From an uncultured Candidatus Rokubacteria bacterium (GTDB lineage: Bacteria > Methylomirabilota > Methylomirabilia > Rokubacteriales > DASRDR01): DNA of 54,677 bases. The notes beneath the pieces were generated by a model that saw only the letters and a list, made by a program, of their open reading frames with translations, was not told the DNA's origin and searched no databases. Shown piece by piece: positions 37,969-48,007 of this stretch. The DNA lies in the NCBI GenBank assembly GCA_963708025.1, contig CAVPSB010000009.1, positions 1 through 54,677 of the forward strand, written 5' to 3'. Position 1 is the first letter of the stretch. Every line of letters starts with the position of its first letter. Position numbers and translations under genes: made by a program.

Positions 37969-38922
37969 ATGCATCCGCTGCTGAAGCTGATCCTGGCCCG
38001 GCTGGCGGCCATGGTGCCGATGCTGCTGGGGCTGAGCATGGCGTCGTTCGCCCTGGTCCACGTGGTCCCCGGCGATCCCGCGCTCGTCATGCTGGGGGGC
38101 GAGAGCAGCAAGGAAGCCGTCGCCGAGCTGCGGACCCAGCTCGGACTCGACAAGCCGCTGCCGGTCCGCTACTGGGAGTGGCTCCGGCAGGTCGTGCGCG
38201 GCGACCTCGGCCAGTCCCTCTACAACAAGACGCGCGTGGCCGAGGAGCTGGCGTGGCGACTCCCGACCACGCTGACGCTGGTCGGCCTGGCCCTCGCCTT
38301 CTCCATCGGGATCGGCATCCCGGCCGGGCTGCTCTCCGCCGCCTACCGGAACACGTGGATCGACCACGCCGCCCGGCTCCTCACGCTGGTGAGCCTCTCC
38401 ATCCCGAGCTTCTGGCTCGGCCTGATGCTGATCATCCTCTTCTCGCTCAAGCTCGACCTGCTGCCGATCGTCGGCTACCAGCCGATCACCGCCAGCGCCT
38501 GGGGCGGCCTCCGGTTCCTGATCCTGCCCAGCGCCGCGCTCGGCACCCAGCTGGCCGCGCTCCTCACGCGCCTGACGCGCTCGAGCATGCTGGAGGTGCT
38601 CGGCCAGGAGTACGTCCGGACCGCGCGGGCCAAGGGACTCCGCGACCGGGTCGTGCTCGTGCGCCACGCGCTCCGGAACGCGCTCATCCCCATCGTGACC
38701 GTGATCGGCATCAGCCTCGGCATCCTGCTGGGTGGGAGCGCCGTGATCGAGACGGTCTTCGTGCTGCCGGGCGTCGGTCAGCTCGTCGTCCGGTCGCTGT
38801 ACAACCGCGACCTCCCCGTCATCCAGGGGCTGATCCTCTACGTCGCGGTGATCTACGTGGTCGTGAACCTCGTCGTCAACGTCCTCTACACCGTCCTCGA
38901 CCCGAGGCTCCGCCCGGCCTGA
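37969..38922 (+). CDS. DppB-like permease
   Basis: PGDPA, EYVRTARAKG, RDLPVIQG. Confidence 0.92.
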   Translation: MHPLLKLILARLAAMVPMLLGLSMASFALVHVVPGDPALVMLGGESSKEAVAELRTQLGLDKPLPVRYWEWLRQVVRGDLGQSLYNKTRVAEELAWRLPTTLTLVGLALAFSIGIGIPAGLLSAAYRNTWIDHAARLLTLVSLSIPSFWLGLMLIILFSLKLDLLPIVGYQPITASAWGGLRFLILPSAALGTQLAALLTRLTRSSMLEVLGQEYVRTARAKGLRDRVVLVRHALRNALIPIVTVIGISLGILLGGSAVIETVFVLPGVGQLVVRSLYNRDLPVIQGLILYVAVIYVVVNLVVNVLYTVLDPRLRPA

Positions 38923-39812
38923 TGGCGACCGCGGCCGACATTCCCCGCGGGCTCCTCGTGACCCGCACGCGCTCCGACGGCTGGGGCGAGACGCTCCGGC
39001 GCCTGGGCGCCAACCGTCTCTCGGTGGCCGGTGGCGTCATCGTCCTGGCCCTGGTGGCTGCGGCCGTGCTGGCGCCGCACCTCGGGCTCGCGGATCCGGT
39101 CAAGCTGAACGTCGCCCGGCGCTTCACGCCGCCGGGGGCCGACCACTGGTTCGGGACCGACCACCTGGGGCGGGACGTGCTGAGCCGGATCCTCCACGGC
39201 GCGCGCTTCAGCCTGTTCATCGGCAGCCTCACCATCCTGGTGGCCGGACTGCCCGGCGTGCTGGTGGGCATCCTCGGCGCGGCGGCGCCCCCGCGGATCG
39301 GCGCCGCCATCATGCGGGCGATGGACCTCCTGATGGCCTTCCCGCCCCTGCTCCTGGCCATCGCCGTCGCGGCCGCGCTGGGGACCGGCGGCCGGAGCAT
39401 CGTGATCGCGCTGAGCGTCGTGTTCTTCCCCCGGATCGCCCGCGTGACCCGGGGCATCGCGCTGTCCGTGCTCACCCAGGAGTACGTGGTCGCGACCCGG
39501 GCGCTCGGCGCCTCGTTCGGCCGGCTCCTCCGGCGCACGGTGCTGCCCAACTGCCTGTCGGTGGTGATCGTGCAGTGCAGCCTCTACTTCGCCGAGGTGC
39601 TGCTGGCCGAGGCCGCGCTCTCCTTCCTGGGGCTCGGCGAGTCGCCCCCGCGCCCGACGTGGGGGAACATGCTCTACGAGGCGCAGAAGAACATGCGGAA
39701 CGCGCCGTGGGTCGCCATCTTCCCAGGCACCGCCATCGCGATCTCGGTGCTCGGCCTCAACCTCTTCGGCGACGCCGTCCGCGACGCGATGGACCCCCGC
39801 CTCCGCACCTGA
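38922..39812 (+). CDS. DppC-like permease
   Basis: FGTDHLGRDVLSR, NLFGDAVRDAMDPR. Confidence 0.92.
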   Translation: MATAADIPRGLLVTRTRSDGWGETLRRLGANRLSVAGGVIVLALVAAAVLAPHLGLADPVKLNVARRFTPPGADHWFGTDHLGRDVLSRILHGARFSLFIGSLTILVAGLPGVLVGILGAAAPPRIGAAIMRAMDLLMAFPPLLLAIAVAAALGTGGRSIVIALSVVFFPRIARVTRGIALSVLTQEYVVATRALGASFGRLLRRTVLPNCLSVVIVQCSLYFAEVLLAEAALSFLGLGESPPRPTWGNMLYEAQKNMRNAPWVAIFPGTAIAISVLGLNLFGDAVRDAMDPRLRT

Positions 39813-40007
39813 CCAGGGACGCCTCGCTCAGGCCCCGACCGTCCCAGGAGTAGGTCGGCTGGGGAACCGTCGCGGGCAATTCAGCTACGTCTGCCCCGCG
39901 TCCGAGGATCCGCCCAGCAGCGTGGTGCCGGCTCCCTGGCCGGCCGCTGCGACGTTGACCCGCTCCCGTCCCGGCTGTAGCATCCTGGCCATCGGGAGGT
40001 TCCCGCT

Positions 40008-40988
40008 ATGATGCGGTTGGCCGTCGCCCTGCTCGCCCTCACCCTCTTTGCCGCGCCGCTCGCCGCCGGGGCGCAGCAGCCAACGAAAATCCCCCGCATA
40101 GGATTCCTCACCGCTGTCCCCTTGTCCGCCATCCCGGCCCGCACCGAGGCATTCCGGCAGGGTCTGCGCGAGCTTGGGTACGTGGAGGGGAAGAACATTG
40201 TCATCGAGTGGCGATCGGCGGAGGGAACACTCGATCGCCTCCCCTCGCTGGCGGCCGAACTCGTCCGTATCAAGGTCAACGTCATCGTCACGGCGGGTCC
40301 GTCAGCAACCTTTCCGGCCAAGGCAGCCACCGTGACGATTCCCATTGTCATGACAAATGATAGCGATCCGGTGGCCAATGGGTTCGTCGCCAGTCTGGCA
40401 CGACCTGGCGGGAACATTACTGGCTTGTCAACTCTTTCCCCAGAGATATACGGAAAGCAACTAGAGCTTCTCAAGGAGATCGTTCCTCCACTCTCGCGCC
40501 TGGCTGTTTTCGGGACTTCGTCCGACCCGGGCAACGCTCAAGCGTTACGAGAGACGGAACGCGCCGCCCGGGCGCTCAACGTGCAGCTTCAATATCTGGA
40601 CGTACGCGGTCCCAGCGATATTGCGACGGCATTCCGAGCCGCAAGCACGGGACGTGCTGCCGCCGTCCTCACGCTGGCGAGCGCCGCCCTCTTTTCTCAC
40701 CGAAAACAGGTCGTAGACCTCGCGGTAAAGAGCCGGCTCCCGGTGATGTATCCCTACCTAGGATTTGTGCCAGACGGGGGGCTCATGAGCTACGGCGCGA
40801 GCAGTACCGATATCGACCGGCGCGCCGCGACGTATGTGGACAGGATCCTGAAAGGCGCCAAGCCCGCTGATCTCCCTGTCGAGCAGCCCACGAAGTTCGA
40901 GCTCATCATCAATCTGAAGACGGCGAAAGCGCTCGGGTTGACGATCCCACCCTCCGTGCTGGCGCGGGCGGATCAGGTGATTCAGTAG
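40008..40988 (+). CDS. ABC_sub_bind (PF04392-like) substrate-binding protein
   Basis: LRELGYVEGKN, SLARPGGNITG, GAKPADLPVEQPTKFELIINLKTAKALG. Confidence 0.92.
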   Translation: MMRLAVALLALTLFAAPLAAGAQQPTKIPRIGFLTAVPLSAIPARTEAFRQGLRELGYVEGKNIVIEWRSAEGTLDRLPSLAAELVRIKVNVIVTAGPSATFPAKAATVTIPIVMTNDSDPVANGFVASLARPGGNITGLSTLSPEIYGKQLELLKEIVPPLSRLAVFGTSSDPGNAQALRETERAARALNVQLQYLDVRGPSDIATAFRAASTGRAAAVLTLASAALFSHRKQVVDLAVKSRLPVMYPYLGFVPDGGLMSYGASSTDIDRRAATYVDRILKGAKPADLPVEQPTKFELIINLKTAKALGLTIPPSVLARADQVIQ

Positions 40989-41106
40989 GGTCGCGAGCTG
41001 GAGCCCCGCCGCCGCGTTCTCTTCACGCGGCTCCAGCCTGAGCAGATTCGGCAGATCGCGGAGCGAGTGCTTCACCGCGGGGAGCGGTAAGAGTCCTCTC
41101 CCCGTT

Positions 41107-41766
41107 TCAGTGACGGCGGGACGTCTGCCCGGCCCACTCGAGTCCGGCCTCGGCCCGCCGACGCCGCTGGCGCGCGATGACCCGCCGCGCCGAGTCCCAG
41201 AGCCGGATGCCCAGCACCAGCGCCAGCCAGCCCGCGTAGTAGTAGGGCTCCTGCCGGCCGACCTTGGCGAGCCAGAGAAAGTGGAGCACGGCCAGGAGTC
41301 CGGCCACGTAGGCGAGCCGGTGGAGGCGACGCCAGGCGGTGGCGCCCAGCCGCTTGATCATGCCGGTGGTGGAGGTCGCGGCCAGCGGGATCATGACGAG
41401 CACCGCCGCCATGCCGGCCGTCATGAAGAGTCGCTTCACGATGTCCTCGGCCATCGTCGGCCAGTCGAAGAAGTGGTCGAGGACGACCCAGACCCCGAAA
41501 TGCAGCGCGGCGTAGAAGAAGGCGAAGAGGCCGAGGAGCCGGCGCAGGGTGATCGGCCACGACAGCCCGAACAGGATCCGGAGCGGCGTCATCGTGAGGC
41601 TGGTGAGGAGCAGTCGCAGCGTCCAGATCCCGAGCCAGCGGGTCACGAAGTCGATGGGGTTGGCGCCCAGGTCGCCGCCCCAGGCCCGGTGCGACAGAAG
41701 CGCGAGCGGCGTGAGGGCGGCGGCCCACACGCCGCTCTTGAGAACCAGGCGGGCTCTTCGGGTCAC
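41107..41766 (-). CDS. msrQ: Heme-binding membrane subunit of methionine sulfoxide reductase
   Basis: LGANP, RRLLGLFAFFY, LAATS, WRRLHRLAY. Confidence 0.92.
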   Translation of the reverse strand: MTRRARLVLKSGVWAAALTPLALLSHRAWGGDLGANPIDFVTRWLGIWTLRLLLTSLTMTPLRILFGLSWPITLRRLLGLFAFFYAALHFGVWVVLDHFFDWPTMAEDIVKRLFMTAGMAAVLVMIPLAATSTTGMIKRLGATAWRRLHRLAYVAGLLAVLHFLWLAKVGRQEPYYYAGWLALVLGIRLWDSARRVIARQRRRRAEAGLEWAGQTSRRH

Positions 41767-41773
41767 CGGATCT

Positions 41774-42739
41774 TTAGTAGAACTTGTTGAGATCCATCCC
41801 CGAGTAGAGGCTCGCCACCTGGTCGTACCCGTTGAACATGAGCGTCTTCCGCCGGCGGAACTCGCCGATCCGCCGCTCCGTCGCCTGGCTCCACCGCGGG
41901 TGGTCCTTGCTGGGGTTCACGTTCGAGTAGAAGCCGTACTCGTTGGCCGCCGCCTTGTTCCAGGTGGTCTTCGGCTCGTCGGCGACCAGCCGGATCCGGA
42001 CGAGCGACTTCGCGCTCTTGAAGCCGTACTTCCACGGCATGACCACGCGGACCGGCGCGCCGTTCTGGTTCGGCAGGACCTGGCCGTAGAGGCCGAAGGT
42101 CAGGAGCGTCAGAGGGTGCTGGGCCTCGTCGAGCCGCAGTCCCTCGACATACGGCCAGTCCAGGCTGGAGAAGTTGAAGAGCCCGGGCTTCTGGCCGGGG
42201 AACTGCTCGGGGTCCACCAGCGTGACGAACTCCACGTACTTCGCCTGGCTCGTCGGCTCGACCTTCTTCAGGAGCGCGCTCAGCGGGTAGCCGATCCACG
42301 GGATCACCATCGACCATCCCTCGACGCACCGGAGCGAGTAGATGCGCTCCTCGAGGGGCGCCAGCCCGATCAGCTCGTCGATGTCGAAGCGGTGGGGCTT
42401 GGCCACCAGCCCGCCGACCTCCACCGACCACGGCCGGGGCCGGAGGGTATGGGCCAGCCGGGCGGGGTCGTCCTTGTTCACCCCGAACTCGTAGAAGTTG
42501 TTGTAGCTGGTGATGTCCTGGAGCTTGGTCGGCGGATCGGGCTGGGTGTAGGCCGGATTGCGGGTCGCCTTGAGCGGGGCTCCCGCGGGTGGCGCCGCGG
42601 GTGCGGCGTCAACGCGATCAGCCGCTGCCAGCGCGGTGGTGGCGGCGGCAAGCATGAACGCCCGGCGGTTCAGGTAGAGCGTGTGGTCGGTGACGTCCGA
42701 CCAGCGGAACCTCGGCTGGGACGCGCGACGGATGAGCAT
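41774..42739 (-). CDS. msrP: Periplasmic Mo-dependent methionine sulfoxide reductase
   Basis: NRRAFM Tat motif, [23 protein letters not shown]. Confidence 0.95.
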   Translation of the reverse strand: MLIRRASQPRFRWSDVTDHTLYLNRRAFMLAAATTALAAADRVDAAPAAPPAGAPLKATRNPAYTQPDPPTKLQDITSYNNFYEFGVNKDDPARLAHTLRPRPWSVEVGGLVAKPHRFDIDELIGLAPLEERIYSLRCVEGWSMVIPWIGYPLSALLKKVEPTSQAKYVEFVTLVDPEQFPGQKPGLFNFSSLDWPYVEGLRLDEAQHPLTLLTFGLYGQVLPNQNGAPVRVVMPWKYGFKSAKSLVRIRLVADEPKTTWNKAAANEYGFYSNVNPSKDHPRWSQATERRIGEFRRRKTLMFNGYDQVASLYSGMDLNKFY

Positions 42740-42933
42740 CGGAGCCTCCCTGGCTTCGCGTCTCGGTCTCGATTCGGGGTCTCCCCCTCCCCCACCTACC
42801 GGAGGGAGCGGAGTGCCGGCGGAAACCGATCGCTTCGACTCTGAGGCCAGTGTACGCTCGGGCGCCCCCTCGATGTCACCAGCGTGTCAAATCCCGGCGG
42901 CCCCCGGTGGGCGGACCAGGGGCGCCGGCCGGG

Positions 42934-43194
42934 TTACCGCGGGGCCGGGCGCTCGTGGCCGGGGACGAAGATGAACCCGGGGGCCGCCAGGAAATCAGCC
43001 GGGGAGCCCCGCCGATCCGTGTGCCGGCGTTCCGTCTCGGGGCCCGGTGACGCCGCCCGGCGCTCGCTTCGCCGGCGATCCCAGATGATCTCGACGTCCG
43101 GGGAGTCTCCGAAGCGACGCTCCAGGAACCGGAAGACGGCCAGCTGGTGCCGGTCCACGACATAGAGGTCCTTCGACTCAGGTACGTCGCTCAT
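42934..43194 (-). CDS. Small hypothetical protein with DRR/ERR repeats
   Basis: VEIIWDRRRSERR...ERRHTDRR. Confidence 0.6.
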   Translation of the reverse strand: MSDVPESKDLYVVDRHQLAVFRFLERRFGDSPDVEIIWDRRRSERRAASPGPETERRHTDRRGSPADFLAAPGFIFVPGHERPAPR

Positions 43195-43319
43195 CGTCGG
43201 GCCCACCCGCTCCGGATGTCCATCTCCGCCGAGTCGGTAGGAGTCGAGGAGTTGCCGGACCCCGGAGCCACCCCAACGGTACTGCGACCCGGGGCCCGGC
43301 GGCAAGCCTCTCGCTCTCG

Positions 43320-43500
43320 CCGCCCATTGGCTTCTCGCGACGCTTCGCGCCGCGCCCCCGGTTCCATTCCCGACGCCGTTCGGCTTCTCGCGACCTCTGG
43401 CTCTGGCCACACGGCCGCGGCGTTCCGCTTCGAGCCACGGCTTCGTCGCGGCCTCCGGGGGGGGGCCTCGGGGGGGGTCTTCCGAGACCCCCCCGAAGAT
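43320..43500 (-). repeat. Family-B structured repeat (after yitJ stop)
   Basis: Reverse complement aligns with 12621-12750. Confidence 0.85.
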
Positions 43501-45356
43501 CAATGAAGGGCTTCGAGGACCTCCGCGACGACCTCGAAGCGCCCGAAGGAGGGCATCAGGTAGGCTCCCGCGTACCGGCGGCGTACTTCCGCCAGGATCG
43601 TCTGCGCCGTCTCGATGCCGACCCGCAGCGCATGGTCCCCGGCCTCCCGCAGGCGGGCCCGGATCCCCTCGGGAATCGTGATCCCGGGCACCTCGTTGTG
43701 GAGGAACTCGGCGTGGCGGCCGGAGTGGAGCGGCAGGATCCCCACCACGATCGGCACCGGCGAGCGCCCGAGCCGGTCGAAGAAGCGCTCGAGCTGCTCC
43801 AGGTCGTAGACCGGCTGGGTCTGACCCCACAGCGCGCCAGCCTCGACCTTGGCCAGGAACCGCTCCACCTCGCGCCCGGGGTCGGGCGCGGAGGGGTCGA
43901 GGGCCACCCCGACAGCGAACGCCGTCGGCTCCCCGATCGAATTGCCGGTCGCGTCCACGCCCCGGTTCATCCCCTGGAGGATGCGGACCAGCCCGATGGC
44001 GTCCACGTCGAACACGGCGGTCGCGTTCACGTAGTCGCCCGTGCGCGGCGGATCACCGGTCATGGCCAGGATGTTCCGGATGCCCAGGGCGTGGGCCCCG
44101 AGCAGGTCGGCCTGGATTCCCATCAGATTCCGGTCGCGGCAGGTGAAGTGCATGTTGATGTCGAGCCCGGTCGCCTCCCGCACGAGGATCGCCGTCGGCA
44201 GCACGGCCATCCGCACGCGCCCGAGCGAGCCGTCGTTGATGTCGACGACCTCCACGCCCCGCTCGACGAGGACCTTGGCGCCCTGGACCAGCTTCTCGAT
44301 GTTGTGGCCGCGCGGGGGATCCAGCTCGACGGTGACCAGGAACTCGCCGCCTCGGAGCCGTCCCTCGAGTCGGGTGGGCTCGGCGGTGGGCCCGAGCGGC
44401 GAGGCTTCCGCCGGCCCGAACGCGGGGGGGGCGATGAAGACCGCGCGCCGCGCCCGAGCCGCGTCGGGAACGTGGCGGTCCACGGTCTCGCGCATGGCCC
44501 GGATGTGAGCCGGGGTGGTGCCGCAGCAGCCGCCGACCATCCGGGCGCCGGAGTCGAGCATCCGCCCAGCGTACTCCGCCATGTAGGCCGGAGAGGACAG
44601 GTAGATGAGCCGCTCGCCCAGCCGGCTCGGCAGGCCGGCGTTGGGCTGGATCGCCACGGGAAGCTCGGGCGCGGTCTGGTGGAGGAGCACGAGCACGTCG
44701 TAGAGCACGCTCGAGCCGACCGAGCAGTTGGCGCCGATCACCTGGACCGCCAGCCCGGACAGCTCGCGGGCCGCCTCGGCCGGCGCGTGCCCGGCGAACG
44801 TCACGCGATCTTCCGTGAACGCCATCTGGGCGATGACCGGCAGGTCGGCCGAGACCGCCCGGATCGCCTGGACGGCGAGCCGCATCTCGCGAAGATCGGA
44901 GATGGTCTCGACGACCAGGCCGTCGACGCCGCCCTCCAGCAGTCCTTCCGTCTGCTCCCGGAAGGCGGCGAGCGCTTCGTCCGCGGTCACGGTGCCCAGC
45001 GGGGCCAGGTACTTGCCCAGCGGCCCGATCGAGCCCAGGACGAGGACGTCGCGTCCCATCGTCTCCCGCACGTCGCGGGCCAGCCGCGCCCCCTCGCGAT
45101 TGATCTCGCGGACCCGGCCCTCGAGGCCGTGGAGCCCGAGCTTGAACCGGTTGGCGCCGAAGGTGTTGGTCTCGAGGCAGTCGGCGCCGGCGGCGAGGTA
45201 CTCGGCGTGGATCCCCTGGACGGTCTTGCGGTCCTGGAGGTTCAGGACGTCGAAGCAGGCGTCCAACGGGACGCCGCGGGCGTAGAGCATGGTGCCCATC
45301 GCGCCGTCGGCGAGCAGCGGCCGTTCGGCCAGGCGCTCCAGGAAGGGCTGGCTCAC
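43500..45356 (-). CDS. yitJ: Bifunctional homocysteine S-methyltransferase / methylenetetrahydrofolate reductase
   Basis: DGAMGTML, TNTFGAN, GANC, GGCCGTTP, VELDPPRG, HFTCRDRN, TGDPP. Confidence 0.92.
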   Translation of the reverse strand: MSQPFLERLAERPLLADGAMGTMLYARGVPLDACFDVLNLQDRKTVQGIHAEYLAAGADCLETNTFGANRFKLGLHGLEGRVREINREGARLARDVRETMGRDVLVLGSIGPLGKYLAPLGTVTADEALAAFREQTEGLLEGGVDGLVVETISDLREMRLAVQAIRAVSADLPVIAQMAFTEDRVTFAGHAPAEAARELSGLAVQVIGANCSVGSSVLYDVLVLLHQTAPELPVAIQPNAGLPSRLGERLIYLSSPAYMAEYAGRMLDSGARMVGGCCGTTPAHIRAMRETVDRHVPDAARARRAVFIAPPAFGPAEASPLGPTAEPTRLEGRLRGGEFLVTVELDPPRGHNIEKLVQGAKVLVERGVEVVDINDGSLGRVRMAVLPTAILVREATGLDINMHFTCRDRNLMGIQADLLGAHALGIRNILAMTGDPPRTGDYVNATAVFDVDAIGLVRILQGMNRGVDATGNSIGEPTAFAVGVALDPSAPDPGREVERFLAKVEAGALWGQTQPVYDLEQLERFFDRLGRSPVPIVVGILPLHSGRHAEFLHNEVPGITIPEGIRARLREAGDHALRVGIETAQTILAEVRRRYAGAYLMPSFGRFEVVAEVLEALH

Positions 45357-45925
45357 GGCGCCCCACCGCCGATCGCGCCGGAGGCCGCGGGCTTGATACG
45401 CTCGCGCTCGCGCAGGTACCGGAGGACCCGCGTCACCGCGGCATCGACGCCGAGGTAGCTGACATCCACCGAGACGTGGGCCTGACTGTAGTGCGCCCGG
45501 CGCGCCTCGTAGAGCGCCGCGATCTCCTCGTGACTCCGATCGGCCAGCATCGGCCGGCCGCCGAGCCGGGTCGCCCGCTGGTAGAGCGTGTCGAGGTCGC
45601 CGCCGAGCCACACCACCGTCCCCAGCGTCTTGAGCCGATCCATCACCCCGGGGCGGCAGGGGAAGCCGCCGCCCGTCGCGATGACGTGCCCCTGCTTGTC
45701 GCCCAGGGCGTCGAGAACGGCGGCCTCCAGAGTCCGGAAATAGGGCTCGCCGCTCGCGCTGAAGATCTCGGGAATCGACCGGCCCTCCCGCGCGGTGATC
45801 ATGTCGTCGGTCTCGACGAAGCAGAGGCCCAGGCGCCGGGCCAGCAGGCGTCCCACCGTGGACTTGCCAGCGCCCATGAAGCCGACGAGGATGACATTTC
45901 GCAGGGTGTCGTGTTCCCGGGCCAT
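45353..45925 (-). CDS. aroK: Shikimate kinase
   Basis: LVGFMGAGKSTVG, GEPYFR, IATGGG, RPML. Confidence 0.92.
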   Translation of the reverse strand: MAREHDTLRNVILVGFMGAGKSTVGRLLARRLGLCFVETDDMITAREGRSIPEIFSASGEPYFRTLEAAVLDALGDKQGHVIATGGGFPCRPGVMDRLKTLGTVVWLGGDLDTLYQRATRLGGRPMLADRSHEEIAALYEARRAHYSQAHVSVDVSYLGVDAAVTRVLRYLRERERIKPAASGAIGGGAP

Positions 45926-46025
45926 GATCGGCGTCACCAAGTCGATGATAGCACGCGCCACCCATCGGACCGGCTCACCGCGGTTGGCCGACGACGACCG
46001 TCAACCAGGGCTGGTCGGATGGTTT

Positions 46026-46916
46026 TCAGGCGCTCCGGAGGCGGGGATCGAGGGCGTCGCGGAGGCCGTCGCCGAGGAGGTTGAAGCCGAGGACGGCCAG
46101 CATGATGGCGAGGCCGGGGATCGTCGCGATGTGGGGTGCCACCAGCAGGAAGTCGCGCCCGGTCGCGACCATGAGACCCCAGGACGGCGTCGGCGGCTGG
46201 ACCCCGAGCCCGAGGAAGGACAGCGCCGCCTCGACCAGGATGGCGTTGGCCATGAACAGGCTGCCATAGACGATCACCGTGGGCAGCACGTTCGGCAGGA
46301 TGTGGCGGACGACCAGCATGAGGCTCGGCGCCCCCAGGGCCCGGGCCGCGCCCACGTACTCCGTCTCCTTCAGCGAGAGGACCGACCCGCGCACGATCCG
46401 CGTGACCGGGGGCGCGCCCCAGATGCCGACCGCGATGGTCGTGTTCAGGGCCCCGGAGCCGAGCGCCGAGACGACCGCGATGGCCAGCAAGAGGTACGGA
46501 AAGGCCAGTAGCACCTCGATCGCCCGCATGACGGCGGCGTCCACCCACCCGCCGACGAATCCGGCCAGGCAGCCGAGCAGGAGGCCGATGGCCAGGGCGA
46601 TCGTGACCGAGACGGTGCCGACGAGCAGCGCGACCCGGGTGCCGTAGATCACCCGCGAGAGGACGTCGCGCCCGAACTCGTCGGCCCCCAGCAGGAACTT
46701 GCCGCCCGGCTTCGTCCGCTTCTCGATCAGGCTTTGCTTGCCCGGATCCCGCGGCGCCAGCCACGGGGCGAAGACCGCCGAGACGACCAGGACGGCCACG
46801 ATGGCGAGGCCGAGCAGCGCCAGACGGTTGCGGCAGAAGCGCCGCCAGGCATCGCCAACGAGGGTCTGGCTCCGCAGCCGGGCCAGCGGCAGCGTAGCGA
46901 CGGCAACATCAGCCAC
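46026..46916 (-). CDS. DppC-like permease
   Basis: LGADEFGRDVLSR, NLLGDGLRDALDPR. Confidence 0.92.
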   Translation of the reverse strand: MADVAVATLPLARLRSQTLVGDAWRRFCRNRLALLGLAIVAVLVVSAVFAPWLAPRDPGKQSLIEKRTKPGGKFLLGADEFGRDVLSRVIYGTRVALLVGTVSVTIALAIGLLLGCLAGFVGGWVDAAVMRAIEVLLAFPYLLLAIAVVSALGSGALNTTIAVGIWGAPPVTRIVRGSVLSLKETEYVGAARALGAPSLMLVVRHILPNVLPTVIVYGSLFMANAILVEAALSFLGLGVQPPTPSWGLMVATGRDFLLVAPHIATIPGLAIMLAVLGFNLLGDGLRDALDPRLRSA

Positions 46917-47026
46917 CGCCGGTCAGCCTTGCCTCATCTTCAGACCGGAACCCAAGTAGTCCGATCGGCACGGCACCAGGTCCCCTGAAAGGCCAACGTC
47001 ATGCATGGCTGATACGGCAAGCACGC

Positions 47027-47229
47027 GGGGGCGAGGCCGAGGAGCGAGCAGCGCCCTCAGGCCGAAGGCCGTCCGAAGGACGCAGGGAGTCGCCGACCGC
47101 AGGCGTACTCCGAGTACGCCGAGGATCGGCGACGACCGAGGACGACCAAAGGTCGGGACGGACGCGAGGCCGCAGGCCGAGCGCGTCCCGACCGAGATGG
47201 ACGTTGCGAAGCTCATCGGCCTCGCCCCC
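47027..47229 (+). repeat. Family-A element (extended copy)
   Basis: TIR GGGGGCGAGGCCGAGGAGC/GCTCATCGGCCTCGCCCCC; extra GGTCGGGACG/CGTCCCGACC arm. Confidence 0.9.
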
Positions 47230-48006
47230 CTACCCCAGCATCCAGTGGCCGCCATCCACGCTGATCGTCTGGCCGGTCACGTAGGCGGCGTCGTCCGAGG
47301 CGAAGAACAGGACGGCCCGGGCGATGTCCTCGGGCTGGCCGAGGCGCCGCAGCGCGATGCCGTCCAGCAAGCGCCGCTGGCCCTCCGGGCCCATCGCCTG
47401 CCACTGGGCCTCGGAGGCCGGGTTCGAGCGGACGAAGCCCGGCGCCACGCAGTTGACGCGAATCCCGTGGGGACCCAGCTCCCGAGCGGTCTGCCGGGTC
47501 AGCCCGATCAGCCCGGCCTTGGCGCTGGCGTACGCCTGGATGCCGGTCAGGCTGTACGAGCGCCCGGCCCCCGACGAGATGTTCACGATGCTGCCCCGGC
47601 CCCGCGTCTTCATCGCCGTCGCCACCGCCCGCGTGAAGTGGAAGGCGCCGTCGAGGTTGATGGCGAAGATCCGGCGCCAGTCGTCGTCCGACACCGACTC
47701 GATCGGCCGCATCGTCTGCCCGGCCACCCCGCCCGCCGTGTTGACGAGGACGTCGACACGACCCGCGGTGTGGGCGACCATCTCCACGAAGCTCGTCACG
47801 CTCTGGGGGACCGAGACGTCGACGGGCGCCGTCCGGCAGGCGCCGCCCGCCCGCTCCACGGCCGCCTGCGTCCCGGTCAGCTCCGCGTCGAGGACGTCGC
47901 AGGCCCACACCGAGGCGCCCTCCCGGGCCAGCTCGACGCAGATCGCCCGGCCGATCCCGCGGGCCGCCCCCGTCACGATCGCCACCTGCCCGTCGAGACG
48001 TCCCAT
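47230..48006 (-). CDS. SDR oxidoreductase
   Basis: TGAARGIG, YASAK, VAPG, TGQTISVDGG. Confidence 0.95.
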   Translation of the reverse strand: MGRLDGQVAIVTGAARGIGRAICVELAREGASVWACDVLDAELTGTQAAVERAGGACRTAPVDVSVPQSVTSFVEMVAHTAGRVDVLVNTAGGVAGQTMRPIESVSDDDWRRIFAINLDGAFHFTRAVATAMKTRGRGSIVNISSGAGRSYSLTGIQAYASAKAGLIGLTRQTARELGPHGIRVNCVAPGFVRSNPASEAQWQAMGPEGQRRLLDGIALRRLGQPEDIARAVLFFASDDAAYVTGQTISVDGGHWMLG

Positions 48007-48007
48007 G

